From Nannocystis bainbridge (GTDB lineage: Bacteria > Myxococcota_A > Polyangia > Nannocystales > Nannocystaceae), in the NCBI RefSeq assembly GCF_028368995.1, contig NZ_JAQNDL010000002.1, positions 1,568,001 through 1,632,000 of the forward strand: a stretch of DNA of 64,000 nt, in the 5' to 3' direction. Within the stretch, counting starts at the first letter, position 1. The number at the start of each line of letters is the position of its first letter. Below the pieces are notes generated by a model. That model made no database searches and had not been told where the DNA came from. It saw only the letters and a program-made list of their open reading frames with translations. A program made the translations under genes and the position numbers. Below, one piece after another: positions 20,265 through 30,321 of this stretch.

Positions 20265-20685
20265 GAAACCCCTGCTGTCGGCCGGGACCATGACACACGC
20301 CGGCCGACCGTCAAGCGCGCACCGACCGGACCGCCTGCAGCGCGTCCCACGGTCGCGGTCGTCGCCACCGCGAACACGAGCCCCGAGCGGCGCGACTCGC
20401 CACGATCCTCCGCACGCGCCCGACGCAGCGCAGCGAGCACGAGTCCCGGATGCGAGCCCCGCGATCCTAAGCACTGGCGAGCCATCGCCGCCCGCTCCGC
20501 TGCACGCCGACGCTCCGCGCCGCCCGCCGCGGCTCTGTGCGACGAACCTCGCCCGACGTCACCGCCGGGGGCCGGCGGCCGCCTGCGCGCACACGATCGC
20601 CGGCCGCACGCTCGCGCGCCCTGGACTGCCCGGGGACCCCCCGCTGGACAGCGCCCCTCCGATCTCATCCACTGTGCGCGCGACG

Positions 20686-21537
20686 ATGCCTCGCCTCACC
20701 GACCTCCTCCGTCCCGCCGCCGACGCGGCCGTGTTCTCTGCCCATGGCCGCGGCTTCGCCGGCTCGGTCGACCGCGCCGTCGTCCTGCTCGCCACGGTCG
20801 CCGGCCTCGCCTGTCCTTACGGACCTGTCCTTTGGTACAAGTCACTCCTGCTCGCCTTCGCCGGGGTCGCCGGCCTCGTGCTGCTCGGGGCCGGCGGCGC
20901 CACGGTGGTCGCCGCCCTGCGCGGCCGGCGGATCCAGGGCCCGCGCAAGCGCGCCGCGCTGATCGGCCGCAGCGCCGGCGACACCGCCCTCGCCGCCTGG
21001 ATCGCCGCCTGCTTCGCCGCCTGGCCGATGGCCCGCGCCGACGCTGGTGAGCCGATCGGCCTCGTGTGGTCGCTCGCCGAGGCCGGCGGGCTGTCGGCCG
21101 TCGTCTGGCAGACCCTGCTCGGCGTGCTCGTCCTCGACGCCTGGCTGTACTGGAAGCACCGCCTGCTGCACACGCGCCTGCTGTTCCCGTTCCACCGCGG
21201 CCACCACGTCTACCGCGACCCCACCCCGTTCGCCGGCTTCGCCGTCGGCCCCGTCGAATCGGTCATGACCTTCTGGCCGATCCTCCTGGTCGCGTTCCCG
21301 TGGGCCACCCATTTCGGCCCGACCTACGTCGCCCTGGTCGTGGGATTCGTGCTGCTCAATTATTATTTGCACTGCGGCGTCACCTACCGCGCCTTGGAGG
21401 CCACGCTGCCGCGCCTGTTCGTCAACACCTCGGCGTTCCACAACCGCCACCACGCCAACGCCGAGGTCAACTTCGGCGAGGCGCTGACGCTGTGGGACCA
21501 CATCTGTCGCACGCGGGCCGAGGACCGGCGGCGCTAG
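20686..21537 (+). CDS. Sterol desaturase / fatty acid hydroxylase family protein
   Basis: His boxes HRLLH, HRGHH, YLHCG and HNRHH, plus NFG and TM helices. Confidence 0.85.
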   Translation: MPRLTDLLRPAADAAVFSAHGRGFAGSVDRAVVLLATVAGLACPYGPVLWYKSLLLAFAGVAGLVLLGAGGATVVAALRGRRIQGPRKRAALIGRSAGDTALAAWIAACFAAWPMARADAGEPIGLVWSLAEAGGLSAVVWQTLLGVLVLDAWLYWKHRLLHTRLLFPFHRGHHVYRDPTPFAGFAVGPVESVMTFWPILLVAFPWATHFGPTYVALVVGFVLLNYYLHCGVTYRALEATLPRLFVNTSAFHNRHHANAEVNFGEALTLWDHICRTRAEDRRR

Positions 21538-21640
21538 GGCGGTGCTCGCCGGCCGCGGGCGCTCACTCCAGCACCCGCCCCGGTCGCTGGCGCCGGCGCC
21601 GCCTGCCCGTCCGGGCTCGCTTCCGATATCCTGCCGACGC

Positions 21641-24169
21641 ATGACGCCGCAGCACGAACCCGGCCAGGCCCGTCCGTTCCGCGTGATGAAGTTCGGCGGC
21701 AGCTCGGTCGGCGCCGCCGATCGCCTGTTCCAGGCCCTCGACCTGATCGCCCGCGAGCGCGACAACGGCCCGGTCGCCGTCGTCGTCTCGGCCATGGCCG
21801 ACACCACCGATCGCCTGATCGCCGCCGTCGACGCCGCCGCCGCCGGCCTGCCGGGCGACCCCCACGTCGACGCCATCGAGGCGCTGGTCGCCAACGTCGC
21901 ACATGACCTCACGGACAGGCTCGAACGCGCAGGTCTCTTGAAACATGTCCCCGAGGACATGTCCTCCGCGATCGCCGAGCTGATGCGCCCGCTGCGGCAG
22001 CTGCTGCTCGGCGTCGGCCTCGTGCGCGAGCGGACCTTGCAGACCCGCGACCTCGCGCTGTCGTTCGGCGAGCGGGCCAGCGTCCTGGTCGTGCAGCGCC
22101 TGCTGGTCGCGCGCGGCGTCGCGGCCGTCGGCGTCGACGCCCGCGACTGGACCGTCACCGACGACCGCTTCGGCCAGGCCACCCCCGATCTGGCCGCCTC
22201 GGCGCTGCAGCTCGGCGCCCTGTCGGTCGCGTGGAGCGGCGCCGTCAGCGTGCACACCGGCTTCCTCGGCCGCACCCGCGACGGTCGCAGCACGACGCTC
22301 GGCCGCAACGGCTCCGACTACACCGCCGCCCTGCTGGCCCAGATCCTCGGCGCCGCCGAGCTGCAGATCTGGACCGACGTCTCCGGGGTCATGACCGCCG
22401 ATCCCGAGCTCGTGCTCGAGGCCTACCCGGTCGCCCACCTCAGCCAGGCCGAGGCGCTCGAGCTCGGCGACCTCGGCATGATCTTGCACCCGCGGACCAT
22501 GTCGCCGCTGATCGAGGCCCAGATCCCGCTGCGCGTGCGCAACACGGCCCGCCCCGACGATCCGGGCACCCTCATCGACGCCGTCGGCAACCGCGACGAG
22601 CGGCGCCCGGTCTGCGTCGTCTCGACCGAGGACCTCGCGCTCCTCGACCTCGAGACCCGGCGCCGCCTCGGCCACGAGCGGATCGGCGAGCGAGCCCTGC
22701 GCGCGCTCGCCAACGCCGGCGTGCCCGTGTGGGTCGGCACCTCGGCCCCGCGCGATCGGGCCTTCGCCGTCGCCGTCGCCCGCCAGGACGCCGCCCTCGC
22801 CGAGGCCGCCCTCGCCGCCGAGTTCGGCCGCGCCGCCGACGGCGAGCCGATCGACCTCGCCCCGATCCGCGTGCGTCAGCCCGTCACCCTCCTCACCCTC
22901 GTCGGCGAGGCCATGGGTCGCACCGCCAACGTCGCCGGCCGGTTCTTCGGCGCGCTCGGCCAGATCGGCGTGCTCGTCCGCGCCAGCGCCCAGGGGGCCG
23001 GCGAGCGCTCGATCTCCGCCGTCGTCGACGGCGACGACACCGCCACCGCCGTGCGCACCGTCCACGCCGCCTTCAACCTCGCCGCCCAGGAGGTCAACCT
23101 CCTCGTCCTCGGCAAGGGCACCGTCGGCCGCGAGCTCCTCTATCAGTTGACCGCCCAGCAGCGCGCGCTGGCCGAGCACCAGGACGTCCTGATCAAGCTC
23201 GCCGGCGTCGCCGACAGTCGACGCGTCGTGTTCGACCCCGGCGGCATCCCGCTCGCGCGCTGGGAGGCGCGGCTGCAGGAGTCGCATGTCCCTCCGGACA
23301 TCTCGGCCCTGCTCGAGCGCCTGCGTCGCCTGCCCGTGCCGATCCTCGTCGACTGCACCGCCGAGGACACCACCGCCGTCTACGAGGCCGCGCTCGCGCT
23401 CGGCATCCACGTCGTCAGCGCCAACAAGCGCCCGCTCGCCGCCACCTGGCCCGTGAGACAGGGCCTCATGGACATGGCCCGCAAGCGCCATCGCCGGTGG
23501 GAGTACGAGACCACCGTCGGCGCCAGCTTGCCGGTGATCGACACCCTCAAGGGCCTCGTGCGCACCGGCGACACCATCCTCCGCATCGAGGGCAGCTTCT
23601 CCGGCACCCTCGGCTACCTCGCCGGCGAGCTGTCGCGCGGCGTCCCGCTGTCGCACGCCGTGCGCGACGCCCGGGCTCGCGGCTACACCGAGCCGCACCC
23701 GCGGGACGACCTGTCCGGCCTCGACGTCGCGCGCAAGGCCCTGATCCTCGCCCGCGAGCTCGGCCTCCAGCTCGACCTCGACGCCGTCGTCGTCGAGCCG
23801 TTCGCCCCGCCCGAGGCGCTCGGCCACGACGACCTCGAGCGGTTCTTCCTCGCCCTCGCCGAGCACGACGCCGCCGTCGCCGCCCGCATCGAGCGCATGC
23901 AGAAGGCCGGCCGCGTCCTCCGCTACCTCGCCCAGATCGATCCATCGGCCCCCGCCGGCGCCCCGGCCGTGCGCGTCGGCCCCGTCGAGGTCGAGCCCGA
24001 TCACCCCGCCGCTCGCCTGCGCGGCACCGAGGCCTTCGTCGCCTTCACCACCGATCGCCACCGCGCCTACCCGCTGCTCGTCCAGGGCGCCGGGGCTGGC
24101 GGCGCCGTCACGGCCGCCGGCGTGCTCACCGACATCCTCAAGATCGCCATGTCCCTGCGTGGTCGCTGA
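21641..24169 (+). CDS. thrA: Bifunctional aspartate kinase / homoserine dehydrogenase
   Basis: MKFGGSSV, TLGRNGSDYTAA, WTDVSGVMTADP, ACT region, GKGTVG, YETTVGASLP, EPHPRDDLSGLDVARK and GAGAGGAVTAAGV. Confidence 0.93.
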   Translation: MTPQHEPGQARPFRVMKFGGSSVGAADRLFQALDLIARERDNGPVAVVVSAMADTTDRLIAAVDAAAAGLPGDPHVDAIEALVANVAHDLTDRLERAGLLKHVPEDMSSAIAELMRPLRQLLLGVGLVRERTLQTRDLALSFGERASVLVVQRLLVARGVAAVGVDARDWTVTDDRFGQATPDLAASALQLGALSVAWSGAVSVHTGFLGRTRDGRSTTLGRNGSDYTAALLAQILGAAELQIWTDVSGVMTADPELVLEAYPVAHLSQAEALELGDLGMILHPRTMSPLIEAQIPLRVRNTARPDDPGTLIDAVGNRDERRPVCVVSTEDLALLDLETRRRLGHERIGERALRALANAGVPVWVGTSAPRDRAFAVAVARQDAALAEAALAAEFGRAADGEPIDLAPIRVRQPVTLLTLVGEAMGRTANVAGRFFGALGQIGVLVRASAQGAGERSISAVVDGDDTATAVRTVHAAFNLAAQEVNLLVLGKGTVGRELLYQLTAQQRALAEHQDVLIKLAGVADSRRVVFDPGGIPLARWEARLQESHVPPDISALLERLRRLPVPILVDCTAEDTTAVYEAALALGIHVVSANKRPLAATWPVRQGLMDMARKRHRRWEYETTVGASLPVIDTLKGLVRTGDTILRIEGSFSGTLGYLAGELSRGVPLSHAVRDARARGYTEPHPRDDLSGLDVARKALILARELGLQLDLDAVVVEPFAPPEALGHDDLERFFLALAEHDAAVAARIERMQKAGRVLRYLAQIDPSAPAGAPAVRVGPVEVEPDHPAARLRGTEAFVAFTTDRHRAYPLLVQGAGAGGAVTAAGVLTDILKIAMSLRGR
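21899..21964. repeat. 14-bp palindromic-unit array inside thrA
   Basis: Junctions at 21902, 21916, 21930, 21944, 21958; perfect unit TGTCCCCGAGGACA. Confidence 0.85.
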
Positions 24170-25344
24170 TGGCCAACCTCGGCTACATCCAGGTCGTCCG
24201 CCACTGCAACCACTTCTGCGGGTTCTGCAGCAACCCCGCCACCCCCTACGTCCACACCCTCGAGTCGATGCAGGCGCTCGTCGACGACCTCGTCGCGCGC
24301 GACTACTTCGGCGTCATCCTCACCGGCGGCGAGCCGACGCTGCACCCCGAGCTGCCGGCGATCGCCGCCTACGCCAGCGGTCGCGGCCTCGACGTCCGCC
24401 TCATCACCAACGGCACCCGCCTCGCCGATCCGACCTTCGCGCGCGCCCTCGCCGACGCCGGCGTGCGCCGCGTCCACGTCTCGATCTACTCCGTCGTCCC
24501 CGAGGTCGAGGCCCGCCTGCGCGGCGCCGCCGGCACCCTCGAAAAGGCCTTCGCCGCCCTCGATCGCGCCCACGAGGTCGGCATCGACGTCCACGTCAAC
24601 TGCGTCATCAACCGCCTCAACGCCGACCACCTCGATCGCAACGTCCGCCACATCCTCGCCCATCACCCGCACGTCCGTCACTTCGTGTGGAACAACCTCG
24701 ACCCCTCGATGGGCCGCGCCGAGGTCAACCAGGCCGAGTTCGTCCCCCGCCTCGAACAGTTCGAGCTGTCGCTCGCGCGGGCCCTGCGGCTGCTGCACGC
24801 CAGCGGCCGCACCTTCCGCGTCGAGAAGGTCCCGCTCTGCTACATGGGCGAGTTCGCGTGGGCCAGCACCGAGACGCGCAAGATCGTCAAGGGCGAGGAG
24901 CGCGTGGTCCATTTCCTCGACGACAAGCAGACCGTGCGCCAGACCGCCTGGGGCCACCTCTACGCGCCCGCCTGCGGCCCCTGTCGCCTGCGCCCGATCT
25001 GCGGCGGCCTGTTCGATCGCGGCGCCGCCTATGACCCCGCCGAGCTCGCGCCGCAGTTCGTCGATCCCGAGCCGGTCGTGCGCGCGATCCTCGACGACCC
25101 CAGCGACCCCACCGTCTCCGACCGCACGCTCTCGTCCTGGCGCGAGGAGTTCCGCCGCCACGGCGCCGCCCGCACCGCCGTCTCGGCCGAGCCTGCCGCC
25201 CCGCCGCGCGCGCCCGAGGCCCCGCCCGTCGGCCAGATCACCGTCGAGGGCGTGCGCCTGTATCAGGCCCGCCGCCGCGCCGAGGCCCGCAAGGCGGGCA
25301 CCCTCGGCGTGCGCCAGGAGCCCGGCCGCGACGACGACGCTTGA
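24169..25344 (+). CDS. Radical SAM protein (possibly HxsC-related)
   Basis: ATG overlaps the thrA stop (TGATG); CNHFCGFC (CxxxCxxC), TGGEPT and C-terminal CGPCRLRPICGG. Confidence 0.88.
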   Translation: MANLGYIQVVRHCNHFCGFCSNPATPYVHTLESMQALVDDLVARDYFGVILTGGEPTLHPELPAIAAYASGRGLDVRLITNGTRLADPTFARALADAGVRRVHVSIYSVVPEVEARLRGAAGTLEKAFAALDRAHEVGIDVHVNCVINRLNADHLDRNVRHILAHHPHVRHFVWNNLDPSMGRAEVNQAEFVPRLEQFELSLARALRLLHASGRTFRVEKVPLCYMGEFAWASTETRKIVKGEERVVHFLDDKQTVRQTAWGHLYAPACGPCRLRPICGGLFDRGAAYDPAELAPQFVDPEPVVRAILDDPSDPTVSDRTLSSWREEFRRHGAARTAVSAEPAAPPRAPEAPPVGQITVEGVRLYQARRRAEARKAGTLGVRQEPGRDDDA

Positions 25345-25350
25345 CCCATA

Positions 25351-25505
25351 GGACATGTGTGAACAAACATGTCCGATCTACCATGTCTCTTGCGCCATGG
25401 CCTTTGGCCTATGTCCTTCAGGACCTGCACATCAGAGCATGTTCTCTGGGACATGGCCCTTGATCTCCATGCAAAAGGACATGTCCGATAAGACATGTCA
25501 CATGC
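25351..25505. repeat. Long 14-bp palindromic-unit array between convergent genes
   Basis: Junctions at 25354, 25368, 25382, 25396, 25410, 25424, 25438, 25452, (25466 degenerate), 25480, 25494. Confidence 0.9.
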
Positions 25506-25574
25506 GCGGCATCGCCAGCCGCGCCATCCGCTGCCCCTCGCCTCGCTCACCCCGTGAGTGACAGGCCGCGGGCG

Positions 25575-26795
25575 TCAGCAGTCCTTCGCGACCCGGGAGC
25601 GCCGCCGCGACCGCAGCAGCCCGAGCCCCAGCAGCAGCCACGCCCACGGCGCGCTCGGAGCCCGGCTGTCGCACGCGCACCCGTGCTCGACCAGCCCGTC
25701 TTGCCCGCCCGACGCCGAGTTCCCCGTCCCCTCCGAGCCGTCGCTCCCGTCCGACCCGTCGCTCCCGGGCCCGCTCGTCGGCCCCTCGGTCGGATCGCCG
25801 CTCGTCTCCCCCCCGCCGGGCCACGGCGTGCAGGCCCCCGGATCCCAGCGGTCCCCCGCTTCGCCGATCTCGCACGTATACGCCGTCGACGCGCAGGCCT
25901 CGGTCAGCGCCGCCGACGGATCGATCACCTGCTCGCCGAGCTGCGCCACGATCTCGGGCTCGCTGCCGTGGCAGACCGCCTCGCTCGTCACCACCTCGCC
26001 GGTCGCCACGTTCGTCAGCCGCACCGCCGTGCAGAACGCCACCTCGCTCCCCGCGCGCAGCGCATCGTCGAGCTCGGGCAGGCCCGGCTCGCCGTCGACC
26101 ACCGCCTGCCGAACCACCAGCGCCGCCGTCGCCGGCGGCAGCCCGGTGTCGACCTTCATCTCCACCAGCAGCACCCCCAGGCCCCGCGTCACCGCGCAGA
26201 AGCCCTCCTCCCAGCCGACGCCTCCCGCCGAGCCGCAGTACGAATCGAACTGCCCCGGCATCGCCCCGTCGCAGCACACCAGGCTCGCCAGCTCTTCGCG
26301 CTCGTGCAGGTTCACCTCCGCCGTGCGCTCGACCAGCGGCGGCCCCAGCGGCGTCGAGGGCTCGGCCACGACCGTGAAGTCGAACGCGAGATCGAAGTCG
26401 AACGAGCAGTACTCGAAATTGTCGTAGTCCGGGTTGTCGACCTCGCCGGTCACTTTGTAATCACCCGGCGTCAGCGGCTCCGCCGGCCGCCACACCAGCA
26501 ACCCGTGGAAGCCCGAAGCCTCGATCGCGCCGGCGATCGGCTGGCCGTCGAGCGTGACCGAAAGATCGATCGTGGCGAGCCAGTCCTCGTCCGGTTCGTC
26601 CCCGAAGCGCGCCCCCTGCAGCAGCAGCACCCCGTCGGTCGGGATGGCCCCGGCGTTGAGCGGATCGAGTGACTGCCACACCTCCGCGTACGCGCACGGG
26701 TCCGGCGTGCACGCGGAGGCCTCGTTGGGAAACACGACCGCCGCGCCGGCCAGCGCCACGGTCATCGCCTGGATCGAGGATTTTTTAAAAGCCAT
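25575..26795 (-). CDS. Secreted Cys-rich protein with MYXO-CTERM-like anchor (paralogue 1)
   Basis: Signal ending NEASA, C-terminal HGCAC...WLLLGLGLLRSRRR; similar along its length to 26889..28139. Confidence 0.85.
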   Translation of the reverse strand: MAFKKSSIQAMTVALAGAAVVFPNEASACTPDPCAYAEVWQSLDPLNAGAIPTDGVLLLQGARFGDEPDEDWLATIDLSVTLDGQPIAGAIEASGFHGLLVWRPAEPLTPGDYKVTGEVDNPDYDNFEYCSFDFDLAFDFTVVAEPSTPLGPPLVERTAEVNLHEREELASLVCCDGAMPGQFDSYCGSAGGVGWEEGFCAVTRGLGVLLVEMKVDTGLPPATAALVVRQAVVDGEPGLPELDDALRAGSEVAFCTAVRLTNVATGEVVTSEAVCHGSEPEIVAQLGEQVIDPSAALTEACASTAYTCEIGEAGDRWDPGACTPWPGGGETSGDPTEGPTSGPGSDGSDGSDGSEGTGNSASGGQDGLVEHGCACDSRAPSAPWAWLLLGLGLLRSRRRSRVAKDC

Positions 26796-26888
26796 GCCCT
26801 CACCGGATGCACGTCGCGGGCCACGGCCCCCGAGGTCCTCGCGCCGGGGCCGCGACGCCGCGGACTCTCACATGTCCTTCGGGACATC

Positions 26889-28139
26889 TCACCGCCGGCG
26901 CCGACGCGGCCCCAGCAGTCCGAGTCCCAGCAGCATCCACGCCCACGAACCACTCGAGCCCCGGCTGTCGCACGCGCATCCGTGGTCGACCAGCCCGTCC
27001 TGCCCGCCGGACGCCGAGTCACCGGTGCTCTCCGAGCCGTCGCTCCCCTCGCTGCCGTCCGAGCCCTCGGTCCCCGGCCCGCCGGTCGTCGGCCCCGCCG
27101 TCGGATCGCCGGTCGGATCGCCCGTGGGATCGCCGGTCGTCTCGCCGCCGGCTGGCCACGGCGTGCACTTCTCGGCGTCCCACCTGTCCGCGTCGACCTC
27201 GCAGGTGTAGGCCGGGCCCGCGCACTGGGCCTTCAACTCGGGCGACAGATCGATGGCGTGATCGCCGAGGGACGCCTCCGCCTCCGGGCCGAACCCATGA
27301 CATGTCTCTTCGGACAGCACCGTCTCGCCGGTGGCGATGTTGCGCAGCTGGACCACCGTGCAGAACGGCTTCGGGCCGAAGGCCAGCAACCCGTCGCCGA
27401 ACTGAGCCGCGGTCGACGTGCCGTCGACCAGCAGCTCGCGCACCACCAGCCCCTGCGTCGCCGGCGGCAGATCGAGCTCGGCCGACACCTGCACGTGCAG
27501 CGTCCCGAACCCGCGCGCGGAGGCGCAGAACCCCTCGTCCCACTCGACGTACGTCTCCGCGCCGCCGCAGTCGAACGTGTAGGTGTAGGGCATCGCCCCG
27601 TCGCAGCACACGAAGTCCGCCAGATCGTCGCTCCTGGCCACCAGCACCTGCTCGGTCGCCGTCGTCTTCGGCGGCGCCAGCGGGGCCGACGGCTCCGCCT
27701 CGACCGTGAACCCGAAGTCGAGCATCAGCACGTCGGGCGCACAACCGTCGTAGTAGGGCTCCGCGTCGGGGTTGTCGAGGCTGCCGACCGCCTGATATGC
27801 CCCGGGCTGGAGCGGCTCCGCCGGCCGCCACACCAGCACGTCGCGCACGCCCCCCGCCTCGACCGCGCCCGCGATCGGCTGCCCGTCGCGCGTGACCGTC
27901 AGCTCGATCTTGTCGAGCCAGTCCGTCTCGGACGAGTCGCCCGAGCGCGCGCCCTGCAGCACCAGCACGCCGTCGACGGGGATCGCCCCCGGGTTGAGCG
28001 CCTCGAGCGAGCTCCAGGCGTCGACGAGATAACAGTAGTCCGGCGAGCACGCCTCGGCCTCGTTCGGCACCAGGGCCGCACCGGCCAGCGCGAGGGTCAT
28101 CGCCGTGATCGAAGCAGAGTTTTTAAGCGAAGAAGCCAT
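26889..28139 (-). CDS. Secreted Cys-rich protein with MYXO-CTERM-like anchor (paralogue 2)
   Basis: Signal ending NEAEA, C-terminal HGCAC...WMLLGLGLLGPRRRRR. Confidence 0.85.
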   Translation of the reverse strand: MASSLKNSASITAMTLALAGAALVPNEAEACSPDYCYLVDAWSSLEALNPGAIPVDGVLVLQGARSGDSSETDWLDKIELTVTRDGQPIAGAVEAGGVRDVLVWRPAEPLQPGAYQAVGSLDNPDAEPYYDGCAPDVLMLDFGFTVEAEPSAPLAPPKTTATEQVLVARSDDLADFVCCDGAMPYTYTFDCGGAETYVEWDEGFCASARGFGTLHVQVSAELDLPPATQGLVVRELLVDGTSTAAQFGDGLLAFGPKPFCTVVQLRNIATGETVLSEETCHGFGPEAEASLGDHAIDLSPELKAQCAGPAYTCEVDADRWDAEKCTPWPAGGETTGDPTGDPTGDPTAGPTTGGPGTEGSDGSEGSDGSESTGDSASGGQDGLVDHGCACDSRGSSGSWAWMLLGLGLLGPRRRRR

Positions 28140-28382
28140 GCGCCGACCTTAGCCCAATCGCCTCATGCCTGCACGTATCCGCCGATGCGCGCGACGGCTC
28201 GCGCGACGCCCCTACGAACGGCGTCACCCTCACGACGCCGGTGTCAGACCATGATCGCCGGATCCGGTCGACAGGCCCCGACCACGCGCGCTCCAGTCCT
28301 GACATGTCCGTGGCGGCTGTGCCATCGGACGTGCCTGACGCGCTCACTCTCCACCATGCGATGGCGCCCGCCCTGGCCTTCG

Positions 28383-28490
28383 CATCATGTGTGCTCGGAC
28401 ATGTCCGAAGAACAATGTCTGATGCGACATGTCGTGGGGAGCATGGCCTTTCGGGCATGCTCCCAGAGACATATTCTGGGCTACATCTCG
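28383..28490. repeat. 14-bp palindromic-unit array (intergenic)
   Basis: Junctions at 28386, 28400, 28414, 28428, 28442, 28456, 28470, 28484; a further degenerate cluster lies near 28303-28333. Confidence 0.9.
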
Positions 28491-28583
28491 CTCGAACACG
28501 ACCCGGCCGGCCCAAAAAGCCAGGCCGAACCCGATGCGCGGCGGCCTCACCTCCGCCGCCGCTTTCGCCTCCCCTCGCCGCGC

Positions 28584-30155
28584 TCACCCCCGCCGCGCGC
28601 GCCGGCGCAGCGGCAGCAGCCCCGCCAGCAGCAGCAGCCACGACGCCCGCGGGCCGTTCTCCGTGCGGCAGTTGCAGCCGTCGTCGTCGCCTGCGCTGTC
28701 GCCGGTCAGCCCTGTCGCGCCGGAGCCCCCGGTGACGCTCGTGACCCCGCCGCTCGGATCGACCGGTCCGGTGTCGTCGCCGTCGCTCGAGCCCGCGCTG
28801 GTGGTCGGGTCCGGCTCGCCCGTCGAAGTGTCGCCGCCGCTCGCCGTGTCGCCGCTCGTGCCCGGCTCGCCCGTCGTCGTCCCCTCGGCGGGCACCACCG
28901 TCACCGTCAGCGTCTCGCTGTCGGCGTTGCCGTACGCGTCCATCACCTCGACCTTGAAGCTGTACGTCCCGGCCGGCGGCTTGGTGACCTGGATGAAGTC
29001 CCACGGATCGTCGACCGCGCGCCAGGCCGGGTACTTGTCGTTGCACACGTCGTTGGTGCAGCGCGAGTAGCCGGTGTCGACGAAGTCGGGCGGCACGCCC
29101 TCGATCCAGCTCCACTTGACCCCGACCATGTTCTTGTCGTCGGTGATGTCGGCCGACACCAGGAACGACTCGCCGACGGTGAACACGGTCCCGTCGGCCG
29201 GCGACACGCTAAGGATCTCCGGCGCCACCGTGTCGGCCTCGCGCGCCCCGAACACCCCCAGCAGCTCGGTGTGCGAGTTCTGCTGCTCGCCCTGTCCTTC
29301 GGGACAGTAGAGCTCGTGCACGTACGTGCACTGCGTGACGCCGCTCCCGGTCGCGTGCGAGATGTCCATGCAGTCATCGCGGAACGAGCTGCCGCCGGCG
29401 ACGAACGGGTACATCAGGTCCTGCTGCACGTCGGTGTGCTCGAGGCCCCAGTTGTGCGCCGTCTCCTGCGCCGCGACCTCGGCGGTCACGCCGACGCAGC
29501 TGTCGGGGAACGACAGCGACACGTGGTTGCGCTTGGCCCCGTCGCAGGCGACGTTGGCGATCCCGCACACGCCGTTGCTCTGGCCGGCGTTCTGCGACGT
29601 CCCGCCGATCACCGCCATCGTGTACGGCAGGTAGTCGGGCGGGCGGTTGGTCGTGATCACCAGGTTGAACGGCTCGTAGTAATTCTGCAGCTTCTGCAGC
29701 ACCACCGCCTTGGTGTTCTCGCCGCCGGGCGGCTTGGGGAACTGCGTCTCCTTGCTGACGAGCGGCGAACAATTGAGCGCCGCGTTGGCCACCTGGGGAT
29801 GGAACCCGTTGCACTTGGGCCGCAGCGTGATCCCGTCCATCGCCAGGTAGAGGATCCCCGCCGTCGGGTCATGATCGAGCGCCGGCAGCGGCAACCCCTG
29901 CTGATCGAGCAGGCTGCGGGCCAGGCTCTCGCCGTCGTAGACCAGGTTGCCGTCGCGCAGCGGAGCCACCAGCGTCGGGTCGTAGTCGGCGCCGAACAGC
30001 GATTCGAGGTGGCTGCGCGGGCCGTCGTCGGGCGCCACGGCCCACGGGGTGTTGGCCGAGAGCGGCGCTCCGGGCACGACACGAGGCGCTGCGGCCGCGT
30101 CCTCCAACGACAGCGACGCGACCGCGAACGACAGACCAGCGACGAAAGTCAACAT
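28584..30155 (-). CDS. MYXO-CTERM protein with metzincin-like domain and Ig-like domain
   Basis: AQETAHNWGLEH...DLMYP (variant zinc motif plus Met-turn), DTVAPEI...SPADG Ig-like domain, GCNC...LLPLRRRARRG. Confidence 0.8.
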   Translation of the reverse strand: MLTFVAGLSFAVASLSLEDAAAAPRVVPGAPLSANTPWAVAPDDGPRSHLESLFGADYDPTLVAPLRDGNLVYDGESLARSLLDQQGLPLPALDHDPTAGILYLAMDGITLRPKCNGFHPQVANAALNCSPLVSKETQFPKPPGGENTKAVVLQKLQNYYEPFNLVITTNRPPDYLPYTMAVIGGTSQNAGQSNGVCGIANVACDGAKRNHVSLSFPDSCVGVTAEVAAQETAHNWGLEHTDVQQDLMYPFVAGGSSFRDDCMDISHATGSGVTQCTYVHELYCPEGQGEQQNSHTELLGVFGAREADTVAPEILSVSPADGTVFTVGESFLVSADITDDKNMVGVKWSWIEGVPPDFVDTGYSRCTNDVCNDKYPAWRAVDDPWDFIQVTKPPAGTYSFKVEVMDAYGNADSETLTVTVVPAEGTTTGEPGTSGDTASGGDTSTGEPDPTTSAGSSDGDDTGPVDPSGGVTSVTGGSGATGLTGDSAGDDDGCNCRTENGPRASWLLLLAGLLPLRRRARRG

Positions 30156-30321
30156 GGTCTCACGCTACCTGCGGCAGACGCGGGCGTAAAGACCGGTCGG
30201 GGCGTGTCGGCCCCGCGCGGCCTGCATCGCCCGCGGCGGCTTCTCACCGCGATCGCGGGCGGGTACCCTGTCGCCCGGGACCGGCCCGCGCCGGCACCCG
30301 CAGCGCCTCGGGCCCACCGCA

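Noticed and set aside
20686-21537. Sterol desaturase as part of a sterol biosynthesis cluster
   Set aside because: No other sterol-pathway genes are nearby and the family has many other substrates.
22231-24168. 1037-aa ORF as a giant radical SAM fusion
   Set aside because: The upstream portion is an Arg/Pro-rich off-frame overlap with thrA; the real gene starts at the ATG at 24169.
25351-25505. Repeat arrays as a CRISPR array
   Set aside because: The period is only 14 bp, units are degenerate, there are no unique 25-45 bp spacers and no cas genes.
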